This document shows positions 58,824 to 64,000 of a stretch of DNA of 64,000 nucleotides, one piece after another. Both the position numbers and the translations under genes were made by a program. Within the stretch, counting starts at the first letter, position 1. Each line of letters opens with the position of its first letter. Location of the stretch: NCBI GenBank assembly GCA_038046385.1, contig JBBSWH010000011.1, forward strand, positions 56,731 to 120,730, read 5' to 3'. The notes under the pieces are model-generated. The model ran no database searches, had not been told where the DNA came from, and saw nothing but the letters and a program-made list of their open reading frames with translations. Source of the stretch: Nanobdellota archaeon (GTDB lineage Archaea; Nanobdellota; Nanobdellia; Woesearchaeales; GW2011-AR4).

Positions 58824-60130
58824 GCTGCTTTTGCTTCACTTGATTCAGAAGATTCGCCTTTGGATTCTTTTGCATCGGATTTTGATTCCCTTGCATCCCC
58901 TTTTGCATCAGGTTTTTCATATTTTCCGCTTGGTTTTTCGTATTTTCCTTTTGAAGTTGCACTTTTTCTTGATATTGGAATTGCGCCGCCTTCTCTCTCG
59001 GCAATGGCTTCCAGCCCTTCTGATGTGGAGTAATGCGAACCACTTACAAGAGGCCCCATTGTTTCATTAACCCTGTCGTTTACATATTTATGCGCATCCT
59101 CAGGATCAATTCCCATAGCCTCTGCTTCTGCTGTGAATTTCCTGACCATTGCATCAAGCCTGCCGTCATGCTCAGTATGCAGAAGCCCTGAAAGTCTGTG
59201 TGATAATGAATGCGCATTTGCATAATCAGCACCTTCCTTTGCGAGTGCCTGGTAAATTCTGCTTTTTTTTGAGCCCTTATGCCTTTGAGCCATCATTGAA
59301 TAGAATTCTGCCTGCAACAAGCCCTGAAGCCTTTCTGATTTGACTCCGGCTACGTGAGCAAGCTCGTGAAATGTGATTGTGTTTTCAACTGCTTCAATCG
59401 CTTCGTCCCCTCTTAACCCATAGCGTGATGCAAGAACCCTTGCCTTGTCCCTAAAATCAACTTCAGTGACCAAATATCCAAGATCAGGATAATACGCTGC
59501 AGTAAACTTTGCCTTTTCAACTCCGAAACCAAGGATTCCGGCTTTTCCAGAGTTGTCAGCATTGAACCCTTTTTTGTTAAGGAACCCTATCCATTCAGAA
59601 GCTTCACTCCGGTACCTGCTCGCTTCACCAAAAAGAATTTTTCTGTACCTTGCTTCGTTGTTAGCGTCTTTTGAAACATAAAACCCGACTCTGTTTGGAT
59701 CAACAGCTTCCACGATTCTTGGTGTTGTTTTTAAATCTATTTTTGTATCGTTCGGATGCGGAAGCCAAATTCCGAGCTCTGTTGCTCCTCTTATGTATGA
59801 AGTGTCCGGCATCTTCATAATGTAATTATTTCTTGAAGGGGGATTTATTGTGCTGTTTGCAATCCACCTGTCCATTCCTCTGTCGTCAATCTGCGTTATC
59901 GGGCCGTGATACATCAAGCTGTTAAGCGACGTCTTGTACTGATTTCCTGAAGAAGTGATTGTAACAGCATCTCCGCCTTTATCTGCATAGGACCACTGTC
60001 CATGCCCATAAGAAGAAACAGTCGGAGGCATTGGGATGCCTGAGATTATCTTGTCAGGCTTTATCTTAGGGCTGTGTTTAGTAGAATCTCCTCTAAATAC
60101 ATGACTGCTTAATATCGGATAACTTGTCAT
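58820..60130 (-). CDS. putative zinc metallopeptidase (HExxH) with a Lys/Glu/Ser-rich repetitive C-terminal tail
   Basis: 'ITFHELAHVAG' HExxH; C-terminal 'KGKYEKPSGKYEKPDAKGDARESKSDAKESK'; GC-richer than the backbone. Confidence 0.55.
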   Translation of the reverse strand: MTSYPILSSHVFRGDSTKHSPKIKPDKIISGIPMPPTVSSYGHGQWSYADKGGDAVTITSSGNQYKTSLNSLMYHGPITQIDDRGMDRWIANSTINPPSRNNYIMKMPDTSYIRGATELGIWLPHPNDTKIDLKTTPRIVEAVDPNRVGFYVSKDANNEARYRKILFGEASRYRSEASEWIGFLNKKGFNADNSGKAGILGFGVEKAKFTAAYYPDLGYLVTEVDFRDKARVLASRYGLRGDEAIEAVENTITFHELAHVAGVKSERLQGLLQAEFYSMMAQRHKGSKKSRIYQALAKEGADYANAHSLSHRLSGLLHTEHDGRLDAMVRKFTAEAEAMGIDPEDAHKYVNDRVNETMGPLVSGSHYSTSEGLEAIAEREGGAIPISRKSATSKGKYEKPSGKYEKPDAKGDARESKSDAKESKGESSESSEAKAA

Positions 60131-60235
60131 TTTCTTAATAGCTCTAAAATATTGATTTCAAACACTCTGAAATTTTTTCAATAGTGTACCTAGTGGTATT
60201 AAAATAAAATTAAAAAGAAAAGAAAGAAAATAAGC

Positions 60236-61048
60236 TTAAGCAGCTTTATCCATTTTATAATGCTGGCCTGCGTGGTTCGAAGGACCTATATGTCCTGCTA
60301 CCTTACCCTCATGTGGGTGCTTCAGGTATGTTTTTCCTGTCTGAGCCGCATATGCCCTGCTTGCAATCTGAGCCATTTCGTTTATCTCTCTTAGAGCTTC
60401 TCCTGCTGTTGCAGTTCCTGCTAGAGGTATTCCGAAAGTTCTGCTTATGCCTTCTTGTAGTGCTATTCCTACTTCAGGCTGAGCCCATTTTTCCTGTATT
60501 AGGGCTTGTAAGTAGTTTATCCTCTTCGATTCAGTATCTCTTTGCGTTGCAGCATACTGCACCAACTGAGCCAATGGAGAATTTGCATCATAAAGCGGAT
60601 CTCCCGGCCTTGCAGCAGCAAGGTTCATGATTGCTTTGGTTAATTCTGTCACGTTTCCAATAGTAGGATTTCCAAGTGCGTTTGCCGCAGTAGTCAAATA
60701 ATTTCTAGCCTGTTCACTCGTAAAATCTTCAAGCTTTCCCTTGTAACCATCAGATTGTGCGACCTCAAAAGCAAGAGTTTTTATCATTTTGTCAGCATGC
60801 TCTTTTGATGCCTTTACATCAGTTCCTAAAATTGCTTTTACTTTATCCTCTAATTTGCTGGTATTTGCACTAATCCTTCTCTGTCTCACAATCAAAGGAT
60901 GCTCTGCAGCATGTCCATCATGTTCGCCATGCGGCACCTGATAAGCATGTGCCATTTCATTTATAGCAGCATCTAAAGAAACTCCATTAAGCATTAATCC
61001 GTTATCATGTCCACCATGTCCGTGTGCGTCTGTCATTTTGTTTTCCAC
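60236..61048 (-). CDS. hypothetical His-rich protein (270 aa), upstream partner of the HExxH gene
   Basis: 'MTDAHGHGGHDNG...HGEHDGHAAEH'; SD 'ggggtgg' 5 nt upstream; GC-richer. Confidence 0.5.
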   Translation of the reverse strand: MENKMTDAHGHGGHDNGLMLNGVSLDAAINEMAHAYQVPHGEHDGHAAEHPLIVRQRRISANTSKLEDKVKAILGTDVKASKEHADKMIKTLAFEVAQSDGYKGKLEDFTSEQARNYLTTAANALGNPTIGNVTELTKAIMNLAAARPGDPLYDANSPLAQLVQYAATQRDTESKRINYLQALIQEKWAQPEVGIALQEGISRTFGIPLAGTATAGEALREINEMAQIASRAYAAQTGKTYLKHPHEGKVAGHIGPSNHAGQHYKMDKAA

Positions 61049-61327
61049 CCCTTCTTTTTTGTTATTCTTTTTAGTTTAAATTTTTTATGAATGTTTGTTT
61101 TCTTTTGTTACTACCTATTAATAACAACACTTATATTTAAACCTTTCGGTTCTGAAACCCATAAGTTTCAGTTTCAAAACTATACTATTTGTTATTACCA
61201 TTAAGTAACAAACTTATATATAAATCTTATGGTATTGTATACTAATCCTATTTATTTTCAATATAGAAATAAATATCCAAGCAAAAGATTTATATGCTAT
61301 CTATATATACTCAATATTGAGTTTCTA

Positions 61328-63235
61328 ATGGCAAAAAAAGAAAAAAAAGGATATTCACCGCCAGTTTCAAACAATTCTAAAGAGCAGCCAAAGGAAAACG
61401 AAGCATTGGCAAAAATGCCCGCTGATATCCAGGAAAAGCTTAATGCAATAAAGTCAAAGCTCGAAAAATTCCAGAAAAGAATTATAGAGAAGTTTGACAA
61501 ATATATAATAGGCGTAGCATTAATGCCTCCGCCAAAGCCGGAAGAACTGCAGCAATTGCAGGCAATGCACAATCCGCAAGCTCCGTCACAACCCGCTCCT
61601 GAACCAAAGCCGGAAGATAAAGACAAAATCCATGTTCTTGTGCTTGTTGACGATTCTGACAGCAAGACAATGCCAAAGTTAGAACTAAAAGACAAGCTTA
61701 CTGCAATAATAAACACAATCGGCAAGGAGATAGATCCGAATTTTGTGCCTCAGGTTCTTATTTTATCAGAATTATGGCAGAATTGCTTTGATGCCAAATA
61801 TGAGCTTCTCCAGTTAATCGCATTATCAGCTCCAATCTATGACACTGGAATGCTGCAGGCGATTAAAATTTCAGAAGTCCACAAGACAATGGTTCTAAAG
61901 AAATTTGAAAAATATATTGTATCATACGTTCTTGCAGGCTCTTTAGTTCAGGGAAAAGCAACGAGTTCAAGCGATATTGATGTCTGGATTGTAATAGATG
62001 ACACAGACGTCAAGAAGATGACAAGGGCAGAATTAAAAGACAAATTGAGGGCAATAATAATCGGAATGGGCATTGAAGCCGGAGAATTGACCGGAATAAA
62101 AAACAAAATCAACATTCAGGTTTACATTTTGACAGATTTTTGGGATTCATTAAGAGAAGCAAATCCGGTAATATTCACATTATTAAGAGACGGCGTTCCG
62201 TTCTTCGACAGGGGAATATTCATGCCGTGGAAACAGCTCTTAAAAATGGGCAAGATAAAGCCATCTGCAGAAGCAATTGACATGTTCATGGGCTCCGGAG
62301 AACAAGTAATCAGAAGAGTTCAATTGAAATTAAACGAAATTGGAATGGAAGATATTTATTATGCTTTGCTGACTCCAAGCCAGGCCGCTTTGATGCTGTA
62401 TGGCGTTGCTCCCCCATCTCCAAAAGAAACAGGCGCCCTGATGAGGGAATTGTTTGTCAACAAGGAAAAACTACTGGAAGACAAATTTGTAAAAATTCTT
62501 GAGAAAAGCGTCGAGATAAGAAAGTCAATAGAGCACGGAGACAAGAAAGAGCTTTCAGGAAAAGAAATTGACGAGCTTATGTCAGACGGAGACAAGTACC
62601 TCAAGAGAATAAAAAGGCTTTTCACGCAGATTGAAAAAATAAAGGAACAGCACGAGATGGTAAACCTTTATGATACTATCACAACAGTCGCAAGAGATGT
62701 CTTAAAATTAGAAGGCGTTGAAAAAGTAAAAGACAGCGAGCTTCTTGAAGTTGTTGAGGACAAACTTGTTACAGAAGGAAAAATGCCGTCCAAGTTTTTA
62801 AGAACAATAGAAGAAGTGATTGATGCAAAAAAGGCTTATGATGCCAATAAAATTTCAAAAGTAGAGATAGAAAAGCTGCACAGGGAAGCAGGCCCATTGG
62901 TAAAGTTCCTTGTCGAGCACATGCAGAGAAAAAGAACAAGGGAATTAGACAGGGTAAAAATACGCGTTAAGTATGGGGGCAAATTCGGAGAGGTTCTTCT
63001 GCTTGTAAATGAGGCATTTGTCACAATCGATATAGATGCAGAGCAGAAAGAAATAAACAAAGCAGTTCTTGGAGAGAACGGAAGCATCGGCACTCTTGAA
63101 AAAAGCTCATTTGAAGACATGGAAAAATCGCTTTCAACTGCAAAAATCCCGCAGAAAGCATCAATCAAGGAAAGAACTTTTGAGGATCTGAAAAGAATTT
63201 TCGGGAAAGATGTAGAAATTCTGATGAACTGGTAA
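61328..63235 (+). CDS. tandem nucleotidyltransferase-fold protein: degenerate NTase repeat + intact minimal NTase + C-terminal helical (possibly HEPN-like) domain
   Basis: 'YVLAGSLVQGKATSSSDIDVWIVIDD' (GS...DxD MNT motif) preceded by a degenerate repeat 'HVLVLVDDSD'; C-terminal 'RKSIEH' (Rx4H); the ORF track starts at 61229 but Met 61328 is the likely start. Confidence 0.6.
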   Translation: MAKKEKKGYSPPVSNNSKEQPKENEALAKMPADIQEKLNAIKSKLEKFQKRIIEKFDKYIIGVALMPPPKPEELQQLQAMHNPQAPSQPAPEPKPEDKDKIHVLVLVDDSDSKTMPKLELKDKLTAIINTIGKEIDPNFVPQVLILSELWQNCFDAKYELLQLIALSAPIYDTGMLQAIKISEVHKTMVLKKFEKYIVSYVLAGSLVQGKATSSSDIDVWIVIDDTDVKKMTRAELKDKLRAIIIGMGIEAGELTGIKNKINIQVYILTDFWDSLREANPVIFTLLRDGVPFFDRGIFMPWKQLLKMGKIKPSAEAIDMFMGSGEQVIRRVQLKLNEIGMEDIYYALLTPSQAALMLYGVAPPSPKETGALMRELFVNKEKLLEDKFVKILEKSVEIRKSIEHGDKKELSGKEIDELMSDGDKYLKRIKRLFTQIEKIKEQHEMVNLYDTITTVARDVLKLEGVEKVKDSELLEVVEDKLVTEGKMPSKFLRTIEEVIDAKKAYDANKISKVEIEKLHREAGPLVKFLVEHMQRKRTRELDRVKIRVKYGGKFGEVLLLVNEAFVTIDIDAEQKEINKAVLGENGSIGTLEKSSFEDMEKSLSTAKIPQKASIKERTFEDLKRIFGKDVEILMNW

Positions 63236-63298
63236 TTTATTACTTAATACTAGTAACAAATAGAAAGATTTTTAAATTAACCTTGTTATTTCTGTTGT

Positions 63299-63955
63299 AT
63301 GATAATCATTCATGAAAATCTGCAAAGAGAAGCACAGGCAGCCTCTCAAGCGCTTCAAAGTGCATACGGATTGGAAAACCAATTAGTTGATGTATCTTTA
63401 GAAGGAGAATTTCCTCCGCTGCCGGAATTTGAAGGTTATTGGGTTTCACAATTAACTAACCTAAGGGGATTGTTTGGAGACAAACCATTATTAGTAATAA
63501 CTCCCCGTGATTTATACCAATTAGACGCCAGCAAAGATGATGATTGGATCTTAGGATACAATGCTGGCAACACCAGTGTTGTTTCGACAGCAAGAATAAA
63601 AAGAAAAGACAATCAACCCGGAGCGAAAATAGAAGTTCCTGACGAAGTTTATCTCAAAAGATTGAGTATACTGGCAGTTCATGAAATAGGGCACGATGTT
63701 GTTAAAGCTCCGTATTTCCAGCCTGCAGTTTGGGTTAATTCCCAAACAGGGCACCAACTTCCATTAGGCCCGCATTGTGATGATAATTCATGTTCTATGT
63801 ATGAAATTGTTGATATTAAAACCCCGCCAGCCAGTGAAGGCCACATGTTGCTGGGAACAGAAAAAAAATTTGATGCTGGTCTTGACGATTTATTGGCAAG
63901 GTTAAATCCTAGATGGTTTTGTGACAGATGCGTTTCATCAATAAAAATTTCTTAG
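63299..63955 (+). CDS. amzA: archaemetzincin (M54 zinc metallopeptidase)
   Basis: 'HEIGHDVV' HExxH, a second Zn Cys4 site 'C..C...C..C' (HCDDNSC ... CDRC); ~200 aa. Confidence 0.75.
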   Translation: MIIIHENLQREAQAASQALQSAYGLENQLVDVSLEGEFPPLPEFEGYWVSQLTNLRGLFGDKPLLVITPRDLYQLDASKDDDWILGYNAGNTSVVSTARIKRKDNQPGAKIEVPDEVYLKRLSILAVHEIGHDVVKAPYFQPAVWVNSQTGHQLPLGPHCDDNSCSMYEIVDIKTPPASEGHMLLGTEKKFDAGLDDLLARLNPRWFCDRCVSSIKIS

Positions 63956-64000
63956 GATTATCAATAATCAAATAAAAATTTCTAAACTATATTTTTAAAA

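Noticed and set aside
1-64000. CRISPR arrays or rRNA genes
   Set aside because: No regularly spaced identical direct repeats with unique spacers were seen, and no rRNA-like conserved blocks. The repeats found are the structured element family and gene duplications.

Overview
This is an AT-rich archaeal chromosomal segment. The archaeal calls rest on an intron-containing tRNA, an RFC large subunit, an Ogg2-type glycosylase, an archaeal-type GlyRS, an archaemetzincin, Arch_ATPase, and leaderless genes without Shine-Dalgarno motifs. Composition and gene content suggest a small-genome DPANN-like lineage, but that is inference. A housekeeping backbone is interleaved with accessory blocks. The backbone carries trxB, M17 aminopeptidase, DtxR+NRAMP, nth+ogg, two class II (AdoCbl) ribonucleotide reductases next to a cob(I)alamin adenosyltransferase, GlyRS, RFC-L, ValRS, and CysRS followed by an intron-containing tRNA-Cys. 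The accessory content is as follows. (i) At 120-7852 a tightly coupled minus-strand four-gene operon encodes Arch_ATPase, an 873-aa polytopic membrane protein and two large unknown proteins; the membrane protein and the distal protein share a C-terminal domain. (ii) At 8167-10904 a five-gene array alternates Gly/Ala-rich amphipathic paralogs with duplicated ribbon-helix-helix genes. (iii) Two VapBC (PIN/AbrB) pairs are present. (iv) A roughly 110-190 bp structured repeat element occurs three times around the RNR region, with compensatory stem changes. (v) Several small ORFs between aaRS genes have atypical codon use and Shine-Dalgarno motifs, so they look horizontally acquired. (vi) Most striking is a tandemly duplicated ~9-kb module at 40.1-58.8 kb. 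Each copy has a small DNA-binding regulator (RHH or AbrB-like), a membrane-anchored 635-722-aa protein, a giant secreted Cys-rich FN3-repeat protein of 1048 or 2094 aa, and a polytopic membrane protein. Copy 1 additionally carries a 988-aa Thr/Gly-rich protein between the giant protein and the membrane protein. I read this as a candidate cell-surface or host-interaction system. (vii) A HExxH metalloprotease-like gene with a His-rich partner, a tandem nucleotidyltransferase/HEPN-like protein and several GC-rich hairpin clusters that may be ncRNAs are also present. No rRNA or CRISPR array was seen.
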